Shown: piece after piece, positions 1 to 14,087 of the stretch
Layout: each line of letters opens with the position of its first letter
How positions within the stretch are numbered: the first letter of the stretch is position 1
Assembly (NCBI GenBank): GCA_964016885.1
Contig: OZ024743.1
Coordinates: 147,188,001-147,252,000, forward strand
Length of the DNA: 64,000 nt
Direction of reading: 5' to 3'
From: Eledone cirrhosa
Lineage: Eukaryota
Notes under the pieces: generated by a model
The model's input: the letters and a program-made list of their open reading frames with translations, nothing else
The model's database searches: none
What the model was told of the DNA's origin: nothing
Position numbers and translations under genes: made by a program

Positions 1-1344
1 AAATAGCCAGATAGCTGAACGAAGGATTAAGTCTGCCATGCAAATATGGAAAATCTAAAGGTGTATACTATAGAGGAAATTTAGCCGGGCATTTGACCGG
101 ATTCAATAAACATTAAAATGTAATTAGAAAAATGCATTGAAACAAATCTAAGAGTTATAATTTTTCAAAATAAAAATGTCGTCGTCTAGACACAGAAATA
201 AGATTAGAAGATGGTAACATATAAATTCATAGGGCAGATGAAACAGATAGATTACAACATATGACAGAGTGAAAATACCCCCAGAGTAGTGTTCTGTACG
301 CTACATATGGTGAAATCTCACATATATAATATAGAGAGCTGAAAGATTGCAAGATAATCGATGCAATTTATAGAAAAAGCTGCCACTAGTAATATTTAAT
401 ATCTAAAACTAAAAATCAATAGAGACAACAGCAATAAAATTAATCGAGTAGAGAATGGTTTTTAAAGCCAAATGTTGAAAGAAACGGACTTAGAAGTCCT
501 GAATATAAGTAACTGAAAGAGAACATTTTAAAACAATATCATATGAGTATCAAAACTACGAATCCCAAAGATAATATTAATAATTATTTCTCGTGGGAGA
601 ATGTCATTTCAGATTTACGGGAGAAAGGAAATGGAAAATTCTAGTATCCGTTGAATTATCTTCATTGGTAAAACACAGAATAAATGAATTAGAGAATATC
701 TAGTTTATAATTGAAACCAGATTCAATTAACCTCGGATTTATTACAACAATCACAATTTTATGACAGAAAGGATTTTTATTTTTAGTGGCATGGATGCCA
801 ATCTTTGGATAATTTTTAGTCAAATTACTGACATTTCATAATAAACCAACAAATGAAGCTTTTAAAATAGTCTCCAACCAGCTAGAAATAGTAGCCAAAT
901 TTCCCATAAACGCTACTCTCATCTTTAGAAATAGGCCTGTCACTCAGAGCTGATTAGGAGGCAAACCGTTTGACACATAATCACGACTCCACGATAAAAT
1001 TACACTTTATGAAGTTGCTTGACCTGCTAGTAGTAAAGTAATCTTCCTCAAATTACACCTTACTCTGTTAAAAAAGGTATATTGGATAGTGTAAACCTAA
1101 AATACATCATGTGTTAAATAAGGTGATCTGGTCAGGTTCGCAACATCAATGATCATTGGACCCCAGAACCTGATTAAACAATTACAACAAAATCAACAGT
1201 AGCAACTACAGTAACTAGTATGTAATTTATTAATACAGCTTCACCAGAAATTGAATACTACTTTCTTGGTTTTCCTTTTAACTCGATGATATATATGTGT
1301 GTGTGTATATATATATATATATGTATGTGTGTATATATATATAT

Positions 1345-1532
1345 AATTGTTTCTACTTTAGGCACAAGGCCAGCAATTACCCAGTTCATTACTGGTACTT
1401 TATTTTATCGACCCCGTAAGGATGAAAGGCAAAGTTAACCTCGGCGGGATTTGAACTCAGATCGTAAAGGGATGTAACTATGCTGGAAAGTATGGCGTCC
1501 GAACCTCTACCGATACTGCCAATCCACCGCCC
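1345..1532 (-). mobile_element. tRNA-derived SINE copy
   Basis: Reverse complement of 2725-2912. Confidence 0.85.
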
Positions 1533-1979
1533 TTATATATAATATAATGAGGCAAAATATATATATAATAGTGATTTTCAAGTGTCAACAGTGTGCGCGA
1601 TATTAGCTGAATCTTGTTTAAGTGGTTCTCTTCAATTTAATTCTCTTTAATTGTTATGGGATAACTGTAATTTGACGAGTAAATTATAATAATGCATTTC
1701 TGATCAAAACGTATATTACAACATTATATATATATAATTTAATATTGCTCATAGTAGCTAGCCGTCCACAGAATATTGTTTTTATTGTTTAACACCTTAC
1801 CGTAATAGTTCACTTTAATATGACGTTTACTCGTCAATAATCAGAATATAACTATTATTTCTTAATCTCGTAATTTACTGTAGATAATTTAAATACTCTT
1901 TTGACAAGATGGGAAATAAGTTAAATATTGTGTCAATTCATTATCCATGCACCATACGGAAGTTGAGATCTCCGTATTA

Positions 1980-2170
1980 CAGACATGTCAACTTCTAAAA
2001 ACTCAAACGAGGAGTACCACGAAAAAAATGTCCCAAAACGGGGAGAAATAAGGCAAAATGGGGAGATTTTACATAATGAAAACTATATCCATTTTCACAA
2101 GAGAATGCATCTCTCACCCCCCACCCCCCAAGTGGGTGGGAGATCTCCACGGAGAGAGTTGACAGGTCTG
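1980..2170. mobile_element. MITE with 14-bp TIRs
   Basis: CAGACATGTCAACT ... AGTTGACAGGTCTG (13/14); second degenerate copy at 2400-2632 with a 56-bp internal duplication; no clear TSD. Confidence 0.65.
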
Positions 2171-2724
2171 GCACTATATTTGTTTATTGCCCGCTTGCTA
2201 AGATTCCAAATAAGTGTTTTAAATATTTGATATGATTAAAATATAGATGGGATGATGTGCATTTCAGAAGGTAGTTAGAATGCGTTACTGTTGCTGCATG
2301 TGATAAGATAAATAAAAGGTGTGGTAGGGATTTAATTAATAAAATCGGTGTCTGTTCAATATAGAAAATTAAGAAGTCATTAACATGGGTTTAATATATC
2401 GGACTTTCCAGCCTCTAAAAAAAAACCATAATGTCCCCAAACGGGGAGAAATGAGGCAAAATAGTGAGATTTTACATAATGAAAGCTATACCCCAAACGG
2501 GGAGAAATGAGGCAAAATAGTGAGATTTTACATAATGAAAGCTATACCCATTTTCACAAGAGAAGACATCTCTCACCCACCCCAAAGTGGGTTGGAGATC
2601 TCCCCGCCGGACGCGGAGAGTTTACAAGTCTGATGTTTTAAGAGCTACCAAAGGATTTCTTTACATGGAATTTTAGTAGATATTATATGGGGAAAATTTT
2701 ATGTTTAGTTTTTAGTATTATGAT

Positions 2725-2912
2725 GGGGCGGTGAATTGGCAGTATCGGTAGAGGGTTGGACGCCATGCTTTCTAGCATAGTTACGTCCCTTTACAGTCTG
2801 AGTTCAAATCCCGCCGAGGTTAACTTTGCCTTTCATCCTTACGGGGTCGATAAAATAAAGTACCAGTAATGTACTGAGTAATTGCTGGCCTTGTGCCTAA
2901 AGTAGAAACAAG
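2725..2912 (+). mobile_element. tRNA-derived SINE (Meta/MESC-like central domain)
   Basis: A box TGGCAGTATCGG, B box GAGTTCAAATCC, core GCCTTTCATCCTTACGGGGTCGATAAAATAAAGTACCAG; more than 10 copies in the window. Confidence 0.85.
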
Positions 2913-3186
2913 TATTATGATGGAAAGTTTATCCAAGGAGGTATAAACACAGTGTGGACATTACAAGGGAATCAAATAATAATTTCTGATTTTTATTTTT
3001 TTTAGCCACGTTTTCTCTGCGTTAAACAGAAGAGCAACTTATACATCGATACAACGTGTACACGCGTATAGACGATATATAGAGAGTAGTACTCGATGTA
3101 TGATTAGGTTTAGGGTTGGTATATTAGTAAAATCCCAAAACAAAGAACACTTTGTTGGGATTTTAAAATTACTTACTCCCTCCCTC

Positions 3187-3225
<39 letters not shown>

Positions 3226-3708
3226 TTTCTTCACAAACTACAGAGTCAGATAAATAAAGGTGAACAAAAAAAAACAAAAAAAACAAGATGTGTGTATTTG
3301 TGTGTGCGTGCGCGCGCGCGTGTGTGTGTGTGTGCGCGCGCGTACATATCAGGTTATTCCTGAGTGCGCGTCGTAACCTGCTTTGTGTGAAAGGGGAATT
3401 TTGGATGTGAAACGAAACAGAGTCAGTCAAAAGATAGATGAATTCAGAATTCTTTAGTCTGGTGCTCAAGCACGCATCTAGCCTACTATTTTGGGTTGTA
3501 CTCGAACACGCGATGAAGGTAAATAACCTAGAAAAAGCCTGACTTTTGTTGTTAAGTTTCTGGCAAACATTTTCACCAATCGTCTGCTATCCTCATTTCT
3601 AAAATGTGTGGCTGGTTCTACACAAGCCTATCATCATTGAAAATAACCCATCAGGAGTATAGTCTAACAGATATAATACCAGCCCTGCAATTCCATTGTT
3701 ATTTACTA

Positions 3709-4406
3709 TGGCAGTATCGGTAGAGGGTCGGACGCCATGCTTTCCAGCATAGTTACGTCCCTTTACGATCTGAGTTCAAATCCCGCCGAGGTTGACTTTG
3801 CCTTTCATCCTTACGGGGTCGATAAAATAAAGTACCAGTAATGCACTGGGTAATTGCTGGCCTTCTGCCTAAAGTAGAAACAGTTATTTACTATTTCACC
3901 AAAAGCAAACATGTCAACTGTCAAGAAAGTTAAAGCAACAGGTACAAGTAAAGAAAACTACAGGTAGTCACTAACTAGAGCTCTATGCAATAGCGCCCGT
4001 CAAATCTAGGACATTTGTGCTCTTCATGTCCTCCAGTCGTGACAAAGCAGATCTATTTTGATACAGCACTATGTTTCCTATACTAGTAAGTACTGAAACC
4101 AGTAAAATAATATATATATATCTTGACTGCCTCAAACAATTCGATTGATGTCTACTATACTGCGGCTACAACTTAGATTTATACTTATTATTAGCTTTGC
4201 CTTTCATCTTTACTGGGTCGATACAATAAAGCACCAGTAATGCACTGGGGTCTACTCAATCGATTTTCTTTTCTCCCCAAATTACTGACATTGTGTCTAT
4301 AGTAGAAATCATTATTGTAATATATATAGTCAGAGTCGATAAAATAAAGTACCAGTAATACACTGGGTCATTGCTGGCCTTGTGCCTAACGTAGAAACAA
4401 TTATTG

Positions 4407-4476
<70 letters not shown>

Positions 4477-4862
4477 TATATTATATTTTGAGAATAAACT
4501 CTCAGTCGTTTACAATAATTAAGCTCCAAGAAAAGGGGCTTTTCCGAGCAGTTAAATACATTAAAATATATGATAATGTATATATATATATATATATGCA
4601 TTTCTACTATTTATATATAATTGTACTATATATATGTGTATATATATAGTGGAAATGCACTTGTATTATATGTAGAGTGGATTGGCAGTATCGGTAGAGG
4701 GTCGGACGCTATGCTTTGACGTATAGAGTTACGGCCCTTGCCATTCTGAGTTCAAATCCCGCCGAGGTTAACTTTGCCTTTCATCCTTACGTGGTCGATA
4801 AAATAAAGTACCAGTAATGCTTTGGGTAATTTCTGGCCTTGTGCCAAAAGTAGAAACAATTA
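3709..4862 (+). mobile_element. Cluster of SINE copies (3709-3886, partial 4193-4405, 4677-4862)
   Basis: Match to 2725-2912. Confidence 0.8.
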
Positions 4863-5256
4863 TATGTAGACTCAATAATTATATGAATTTACATGAATGT
4901 GTGCTGTGTTGACATGAGCGTGTGCTAGGTCGTGTTTGTATGCTCGGGTCTAACAGTTTATAATTACTGTTTACTATTTATTAGTTATGTTGAACATTTA
5001 CTTATAATTCTTCACTAGTCTTTAATTTTTATCAATTCCCATACGGTTATCTATGTTTTAATTATTGTCTGAGCAATTCAATATTTGAATATCGACATTT
5101 ATAAGCCGTTTCTTCATTTATCGATAAATATGTTCGTGTGTGTGTAGGGGTGGTGGTGGTGCGCGTGCGTCTACGTGTGTGTGCGTGAGTGCGTGCGTAC
5201 GTGCGTGTACGTGTGTGTGTGTGTGTGCGTACGTGCGTGTACGTGTGTGTGTGTGT

Positions 5257-5296
<40 letters not shown>

Positions 5297-6345
5297 TTTT
5301 TTGCAGAATATAACTCTGATAGATTGTGTTTAAAATATAGGCCAATCTATTTTAAGTTCAAATTTTCTGACAATATGCGTACTAACATGGATAGCTTTTT
5401 ATATGCCGATTGTATTCAACTGATTTGTTTCGGAATTCGAACAGGCTGATTGTAAAGGATCGACGTACCGTTAACCTGTAAACACACCCCAAATGGCTAT
5501 GATGCAGTTATAAGCTCCCAGACAGCTATCATAAACATCTAGATATTGTTGGATCTCGTCATTTTTCACTAGATATTTTTCTTTAAAATTATCAGTTATT
5601 TTCTTTGCGCACTTCATACAAATGTCATTAACTATAAATTTAGACTTTTGTTCATACATTCTTTTAATTTTTATTAATTCATATTTTACATCTGCCAGTC
5701 GTGATACCACTTCCAAACCGGCTGCGCATGTGAATCCTGTTCATGAAAATAATGAACAGAAGAGGTGACAGTACACACCCATGGTGGAGTCCGACTACCA
5801 AATTGAATGGTTTCGTCTTAGCACCAGTAATCCGAACATAAATACTCGAGCATTCGATTTGCAGACGAATTGGTGGCAGTTATGCCTCGAACAGGCACAT
5901 CTATTCTGCTGTCTATAAATATCCTGCATTCAAATTATTAAATGAAATTTAAATAGTTTCTGCATTATCTATCGTATAACGCTTTCCATGTTTCATGAAT
6001 AAATAAATAAATATATATATAATTGTCTGTTTGTCTTACAAGATTAGACTTTTCCCGATGATTTCATACGAAAGTAAGTTCTAGTCCTGTAGAAGTCATT
6101 TCTATATAAAATAAAGATGGCTATACCCTATTAACGTATTGAGTACCCCCTCGTTCCTGGTTTCACCTCCCGATACCCATCGAGAATCCACCCCTAATTA
6201 TATATATGTAAGTACACGTCATCACCTCCTCACACACATGTATGTAGTATGTATGTATGTATGTATGTATGTATGTATGTATGTATGTATGTATGTATGT
6301 ATGTATGTATGTATGTATGTATGTATGCATGTATGTATATGTTAT

Positions 6346-6947
6346 GTCAGGTCACCAGTTGGTGCTACTGGTAACATGTATCCCAGTACAACCTGTCTCA
6401 TGGTCGGGTCGTTGGCGACTAAACTGGCAACCCCACCAAGGTTTCTTGGTGAGGAGGGTGACTTTGGACATGCTGCAGGACTAAAAACAAAACCTGTCAA
6501 AGGGCAAAGGAGCTCTTAAGAGTCAATGGCCATCCAAAATCACAGGGAGAGATGACCCTTAGCCTTTGTCAAGGCAGAATTCTAGGAGAAGGAAAACTCT
6601 GATATAACACCTGCAACCCTGATGGTATCCAATGATGTTGGCTTGTTCTTCTTTTTGGTAAATATCATCTTGGTTAAGAAAGTGGGACTGGCTTTGTGCA
6701 GTGCCTTTGCTCACTATAAAAGCTTCACGGCACAGGCATTGCTTTATATCTGGAGATCTCTCTGCACTTGTCGTCACATGGTACCATGGGCCCAGCACTA
6801 TGTGTCAATAATTGTCACAGGTGTAGTGTTTGTACCAGAGTTTTCGCTGGCTGGACTAAAAAGTCACACTCGTTCAGCGCATCGGTAGGGGTTCTCCTAC
6901 ATGGATATAAAGTAGTGGCCGTACTCGAAAACGTGTTGGCTGCCACC
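6346..6947 (+). mobile_element. RTE-derived non-autonomous element (about 600 bp) with (TATG)n tail
   Basis: Near-identical to 11567-12172; 3' part encodes a C2H2 remnant CSVCTRVF..LAGLKSHTRSAH typical of RTE C-termini; 3' hairpin GGCCGTACTCGAAAACG.GTTGGC.GCC. Confidence 0.8.
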
Positions 6948-7267
6948 ATGTATGTATGTATGTATGTATGTATGTATGTATGTATGTATGTATGTATGTA
7001 TGTATGTATGTATGTATGTATGTATGCATGCATGTTTGTTCGTATGTATGTATTTGTGTTGGTATGTATGTATACATGTATGTATGTATGTATGCCAATG
7101 AATGTTTTGGTTGCCAACGCTTGCGAGACATTTTAGATCACTGCCTGGGCTAAAAGACCACATTCGATCACAGCTCCGTTAATTTTTAATATATATGGGA
7201 TTTCTTTTCGTGCAATGGCTGTACTCAATAACGAGTGGGCAGCCATCATGTATACATTTATGTATGT

Positions 7268-9340
7268 GAGGCCTTGGCAGAAAGTCGAGATGTTAAATCA
7301 GTATATCTTGAACTGCGCAAAGTATATTGCCCACGCACTGCAGTCTGCTCCGGTGCGGTCAAATAATGGAAACGAAGTGGTGCGTTGACTTGATGATATC
7401 AAGGAAAGATGGCACAATCAACTTAATGACCTCCTAATTAACGGGATTGATACAATGGTGCAGGTTCCCGTCATTAACAAGTTTGATTATTATCATAGCA
7501 TATACTGCCATGTGTGGTTACAGGCTGCAATCCCTCAAGAGTGTAAGGATGCCATTTTCGTTTCCCTCTTCAACAAGGAACACAGAAATGTTTGTGTCAA
7601 TCACTGTGGGATCTCTTTGTCAAGAATTTCTTAATCGTATGCAGATGTACCTTCCACCTAACCTTCTGCCAGAATCTGAGTGTGTCTTCCGTCCATATGA
7701 AGGCACTGCAGATATGTTCTTCACTGCGCAACAGATGCAGAGGTGTAAAGAGAAAAGAGCTTGATCAGTCCAATTGCTGTAATGATCTCAGCAAAGCCTT
7801 TGACATAGTCAATAGATAAGACCTTTGGAGTATACTCGTGAAACTGGGTTGCCCTGAAAAGTTTACGGGACGTATACTTTCGGTACATGATGACAGGAGA
7901 GCGTGAGATTTCTTCAATGGTGAGCTCCTAAAACCTTTCTCAGTTGAGACAAGTGTGAAGAAGTGTGATCAGCTCGCTCCGACTGTTTTTGTCATCTTCT
8001 CTGCAGCTGTTTTGTTAAAAGCAATCATCGATGTTGGCATATATGTATATATACATTGTCGAACAAAAGGAAGGCTCTTTATAATCTGACGACTCCTTGC
8101 TGTATCAAAAACATATATTGATACAGGATTTTCTTTATAGAGACCACTGCGATTTGTTTGCCACGTGGAAGAAGACCTTCAACTTCTAATGGATTGATGC
8201 AAGACAGTGTGTGCTGAGGTTGGGCTGACAATCAGTCTGCAATAAACAGTGGTAATGTACCCGCATGCACACAGGAAGCCTTATATTCAAAGTTGTCAAC
8301 GTGGGTATTACATTCCTCAGAAGGAGCACTATTGATGATGAAGAAAGCTACCGGCTGTCTAAAACTTCCGATGGATGTAGTAAGCTGGAGACGTGCCTGT
8401 CGTCACATTCAAATGTCAGTGTGTGCACGAAAGTGTATAAATTATGCGTCCTTACAGCCTTACTGTAGAGATTCGAGACATGGAAAACATGCTGCGGGCA
8501 TATCTTGCGCCGCGAATGTTTCCACCAACAATGCTTGCGCTCCATCCTTAAGTTCTCGTGGTAGTGTTATACATCAGACACTGATGTGCTACAGCAGGCC
8601 TGTCTGCCAAGCATCGAGACCATGATCATGAACCCGTGTCTCTGTTGGTGAGGAAACATGGTACCCTCATAGCACAGCAGAATCCTTAAACAAGTATTGT
8701 ATGGAGAACTGTTACAAGGCAAACGCCTGCAGTGCAAGCTACACAAGTGCTTTAATGACTGTCTGAAAATACTATGAAGAAGATCAACATCCAAACCGAA
8801 ACACGGGAAAATTTAGCAACAGACAGAGCCCAGTGGTAAAATCTGATTTCTACCGATATTAAGGTATTTGAACTACAGCAGAGAGCATATGCTGAAGTGA
8901 AGCAAGCAGCAAAATATATGGGGGTTGTTAGTCCACCTCCAAAATGGCATTGGAAACAGACTCCTACATGTGAGGGGTGATGGCGGGTATCTATGTCAAA
9001 GGATGGACTACTAAGTCTTAGCAGACGTCATACACATGGAAATAACACCTTTGAGTACCACATACAGCTTGAATTTTCATGTGGCATCTGAAACAAAGTG
9101 CGCCATTCTGCAGATCGGCTAACACAACACCTCAAAGCATGCCACGCCAATCAAACTTAAGCAGGCGGGAAACTTACCTGCCGGGTGGTATGACATTTAA
9201 GTCACTTTCTTGTTTGATGAGCCACCGAAGGCGACACCAACGACAACACTGTCAATAACATGTTTTTGAGAACGTCTGTTTTCTAATTTATATTCTGTTC
9301 TAAGAAAAGGCCATACTCGGACACGAGCTGGCTTCAACTA
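7268..9340 (+). pseudogene. Decayed RTE (BovB-like) LINE reverse transcriptase
   Basis: Frame-shifted motifs DIKERW, LLPESECVFRPYEGTADMFFTAQQMQ, DLSKAFDIVNR, LGCPEKF, VYKLCVLTALL, FHQQCLRSIL, ILKQVLYGEL, LATDRAQW; 3' end GGCCATACTCGGACACGAGCTGGC then TATG. Confidence 0.85.
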
Positions 9341-9365
9341 TGTATGTACCTATATATGTATGTAT

Positions 9366-10148
9366 GTCAGGTCACTCTCGCGTGCTACTGGTAACATGTA
9401 ACCCAGTACAACCTGTCTCATAGTCAGGTTGTCGGTGACTAAACCGGTAACCCCACCAAGCTTGCTGGAGAGGAGGGTGATATATGGAGACCTTCCGAGA
9501 GGAAATACAAGGCCCATCAAAGGGCGGCGGAACTCAGCAGAGTCAACGACCATCCAAGTAGTACTTTCTTTTTGTTTTCACCTGGGAGTGAAAGGCCCCC
9601 AGTTGTTGTCACAACAACTTTCTAGGAAAGGGTGACAAAAATCCCTGCGGCTTCGGAAGCATCCGATAATGTTGATCAGTTCTCCTTTTCGGGTAGTGTT
9701 TTCGATACTCAGAGAGTGGGATTGGTCGAGGGTAAGGCCTTTCCCCACTTAAAAAAACCTTCAAAGCACAGACATTGCTTGTTCAGAATGTCACAGGTTT
9801 GTGTTGCTGGCCGTAGCCTAAAAGTGCACCAAACTCTATAATCTGACAAACGATTGCAATACTCTTAGCAGAATTTGCAGACATCATGTATGTATGTATG
9901 TATGTATGTATGTATGTATGTATGTATGTATGTATGTATGTATATCTGGAGATCTCTCTGCACTTGTCGTCACATGGTACCATGGGCCCAGCACTATGTG
10001 TCAGTAATTGTCACAAGTGTAGTGTTTGTACCAGAGTTTTCAAGTCGCTGGCTGGACTAAAAAGTCACACTCGTTCAGCGCATCGGTAGGGGTTCTCCTA
10101 CATGGATATAAAGTAGTGGCCGTACTCGAAAACGAGTTGGCAGCCACC
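9366..10148 (+). mobile_element. Related RTE-derived element (9366-9885) plus 3' fragment (9941-10148)
   Basis: Shared head GTCAGGTCAC...GTGCTACTGGTAACATGTA; (TATG)n tails; another head at 12494-12625. Confidence 0.7.
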
Positions 10149-11110
10149 ATATGTATGTATGTATATATATGTATGTATGTATGTATATATGTGTGTATCT
10201 ATGTGTATGTATGTATGTATATGTATGTATGTATGTATATGTATGTATGTATGTATGTGTATGTATGTATGTATATGTATGTATGTATGTATATGTATGT
10301 ATGTATGTATATATATGTATGTATGTATATATATGTATGTATGTGTATATATATGTATGTATGTGTATATATATGTATGTATGTATATATATGTATGTAT
10401 GTGTATATATATGTATGTATGTATGTGTGTGTATATGTATGTATGTATATGTATGTATGTATGTATGTGTATGTATATGTATGTATGTATGTATATGTAT
10501 GTATATGTATGTGTGTGTATATGTATGTATATGTGTATATATGTATGTATATATGTATGTATGTATATGTATATGTGTATGTATATGTGTATGTATGTAT
10601 ATGTATATATGTATGTATATGTATGTGTATGTATGTATATGTATGTATGTATATGTATATGTGTATGTGTATGTATGTATATGTATATGTGTATGTGTAT
10701 GTATGTATATGTGTATATGTATGTGTATGTATGTATATGTATGTATGTATGTATGTATATATGTGTATGTATGTGTATGTATGTATGTGTATGTGTATGT
10801 ATATGTATATGTATGTATATGTATATGTATGTATATGTATATGTATGTATATATGTGTGTATGTATGTATGTATGTATGTATATGTATGTATGTATATGT
10901 GTATATGTATGTATGTATATGTATGTATATGTATATATGTATGTATGTATGTATGTGTATGTATGTATGTGTGTATGTATGTATATGTGTATGTATGTAT
11001 GTATATGTATGTATGTATGTATATATATATGTATGTATGTATATGTATGTGTGTGTGCATGTGTGTATATATATTTGTATATATACATGTATGTATATAT
11101 ACATGTATAT
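10149..11110. repeat. Degenerate (TATG/TATATG)n microsatellite
   Basis: Direct inspection; source of spurious 300-aa ORFs. Confidence 0.95.
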
Positions 11111-11111
11111 A

Positions 11112-12172
11112 CCGGGAGAGATGACCCCTTAGCCTTTGTCAAGGCAGAATTCTAGGAGAAGGAAAACTCTGATATAACACCTGCAACCCTGATGGTATCC
11201 AATGATGTTGACCTGTTCTTCTTTTTGGTAAATATCATCTTGGTTAAGAGAGTGGGACTGGCTTTGTGCAGTGCCTTTGCTCACTATAAAAGCTTCACAG
11301 CACAGGCATTGCTTTATATCTGGAGATCTCTCTGCACTTGTCATCACATGGTACCATGGGCCCTGCACTATGTGTCAATAATGGTCACAAGTGTAGTCTT
11401 TGTACCAGAGTTTTCAAGTCGCTGGCTGGACTAAAGTCACATTCGTTCAGCGCATCGGTAGGGGTTCTCCTACATGGATATAAAGTAGTGGCCGTACTCG
11501 AAAACGAGTTGGCAGCCACCATGTATGTATGTATGTATGTATGTATGTATGTATGTATGTATGTATGTCAGGTCACCAGCTGGTGCTACTGGTAACATGT
11601 ATCCTAGTACAACCTGTTTCATGGTAGGGTAGTTGGCGACTAAACTTGCAACCCCACCAAGGTTTCTTGGTGAGGAGGGTGACTTTGGACATCCTGTAGG
11701 ATTAAAAACAAAACCTGTCAAACGGCAAAGGATCTCTTAAGAGTCAATGGCCATCCAAAATCACCGGGAGAGATGACCCCTTAGCCTTTGTCAAGGCAGA
11801 ATTCCAGGAGAAAGAAAACTCTGATATAACACCTGCAACCCTGATGGTATCCAATGATGTTGACCTGTTCTTCTTTTTGGTAAATATCATCTTGGTTAAG
11901 AGAGTGGGACTGGCTTTGTGCAGTGCCTTTGCTCACTATAAAAGCTTCACGGCACAGGCATTGCTTTATATCTGGAGATCTCCCTTCACTTGTCGTCACA
12001 TGGTACCATGGGCCCAGCACTATGTGACAATAATTGTCACAGGTGTAGTGTTTGTACCAGAGCTTTCAAGTCGCTGGCTGGACTAAAAAGTCACACTCGT
12101 AGGGGTTCGGTAGGGGTTCTCCTACATGGATATAAAGTAGTGGCCGTACTCGAAAACGAGTTGACAGCCACC
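11112..12172 (+). mobile_element. Two head-to-tail copies (5'-truncated 11112-11520; full 11567-12172) of the RTE-derived element
   Basis: Direct match to 6346-6947; separated by (TATG)n. Confidence 0.85.
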
Positions 12173-12257
12173 ATGTATGTATGTGTGTATGTATGTAGGC
12201 ATGTATATATGTACGCATGTATGTTCTTCTGGTTTTATAATTTAATACATTTTACCA

Positions 12258-12292
<35 letters not shown>

Positions 12293-13550
12293 TTCTAACA
12301 TAGACACACGACTCATTGGAATTTAGACAACATTAACTAGGGTGTTCAGGTATGAATGTTATTGTATGTGTGGTTGTGGATGTTTTGAGTTATATGGGTG
12401 CATATGCAAATGCTTTGTATCTGTACATGTGTACATGCAGTTATTAGATACAGAACTTTGGTAATGTATGTTTGTATGTATGTATGTATCTATGTCAGGT
12501 CGCTCTTCAGTACTACAGGTAAGCCAGCCCAACCTGTGTGTTGTCGAGTCATCAGCGCCTTGCCGGATTAAAAGCAAAATCTGTAAAAGGGCGGAGGAAC
12601 TCAAGAGAGTCAACGGCCATCTAATAACATGACAAGCCTAAGTAAAATGACCAGTAATCACGAAAACCGAAGGTTTCCTTTCAGAATTTCCCTCTCTTGG
12701 AAGAATGCCCTAAGAACAGCTCCGGGCCTTTACTTCTAGTGAACTTACCTCGTACCCTGACAACAACCAGGGGTATTTCAGAGTTCCCGCACCCCAATAG
12801 ATGGTTATAATTATGACTAAGTTGTCCTAACACAGGGTACATCAGTACAGGTGACTGAGGATTTGTGACTGCTTCCGCCTTTATTTCTCGCTTCGATGAA
12901 ACTGCGAAGGTGGTGCTATTTTATTGGCGCAAATTCGTGCGAAACTACATGATCTGCAGCAATAGGCTCAATGTCTACAATGTGCCAAGAATTTAGTGTC
13001 CGAGCCTGCATTGACTGGAGATTTAGAGAATGGCACCCGTGAGGAAGGATATTGCTACGGCAGTGACATTGATCACGCCTATTATAAATAAGTATAAATA
13101 CACCAACGTGAAGAAGAGAATCTGCCTGTCTGAGAGCGTTGGTAGTAGATTTAACGAAGTACAAGGAAACCATGCACAAAAAAAAAAATGATCAAAATAT
13201 TGTTTAAAAAAATGCTTTTTTTAACACAGGAATAAATGAAGCACTGTTCTATACATACACACACACACTCACATAAAAACACACACACATATGTGTTTTT
13301 GTATAGATATATAAATATATATGTCTTTTCAGACATAGCTTTAGGCCCTTTTGCATTGGGTAGCGCAATGGGCGACAAACCATTTCAAAAATACACAATA
13401 CAGAACTACTTTATTGCATCCGCTCCTAGTAACACAGACGGCTTTCAGAATGTCTTAAAATATGTGCCAACAGGTGATTTTGGTTTGCCCCTTCTTCGAT
13501 TGCATCCTAGAGGAATCAAAGTCACAGACGTCGTCGATCACTGGTGATCA

Positions 13551-13583
<33 letters not shown>

Positions 13584-13613
13584 CCACATACATCCACACA
13601 CACACACACACAT

Positions 13614-13656
<43 letters not shown>

Positions 13657-13690
13657 TATATAAATATATATATATATATATACGTATGCT

Positions 13691-13761
<71 letters not shown>

Positions 13762-13974
13762 GTGCGTGTGTGTGTAAGTGTGTATATATGTATTGATGCA
13801 CGTGCGTGCCTGTATGCAAAACTGTGATGTACAGACACTACGTCTGCAGCTCAATAGCAGCATTTATTCTGGAAAGATTAAACAAATATTAATTATATTA
13901 TTTCTGCTGAACTTCTCTGTAAATTGTCAACCACTTTTGAAACATGTCTTGCATAATTATCTATATGCACTAAT

Positions 13975-14087
<113 letters not shown>

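Noticed and set aside
180-330. Peptide LDTEIRLEDGNI*IHRADETDRLQ resembling a PLE thumb
   Set aside because: Too short and decayed to call without a profile search.
3040-3165. TTAGGTTTAGGGTTGG plus short inverted repeats (Helentron- or telomere-like)
   Set aside because: Single short occurrence without supporting termini.
5471-5716. 81-aa non-repetitive minus-strand ORF
   Set aside because: Non-ATG start, no recognisable motif or splice support.
9212-9258. TTGATGA-GCC-ACCGAA-GGC-GACA hammerhead-like string
   Set aside because: Two core mismatches and no good stem I.
12283-12342. About 60-bp sequence repeated near 25612-25673
   Set aside because: Short dispersed fragment with no assignable function.
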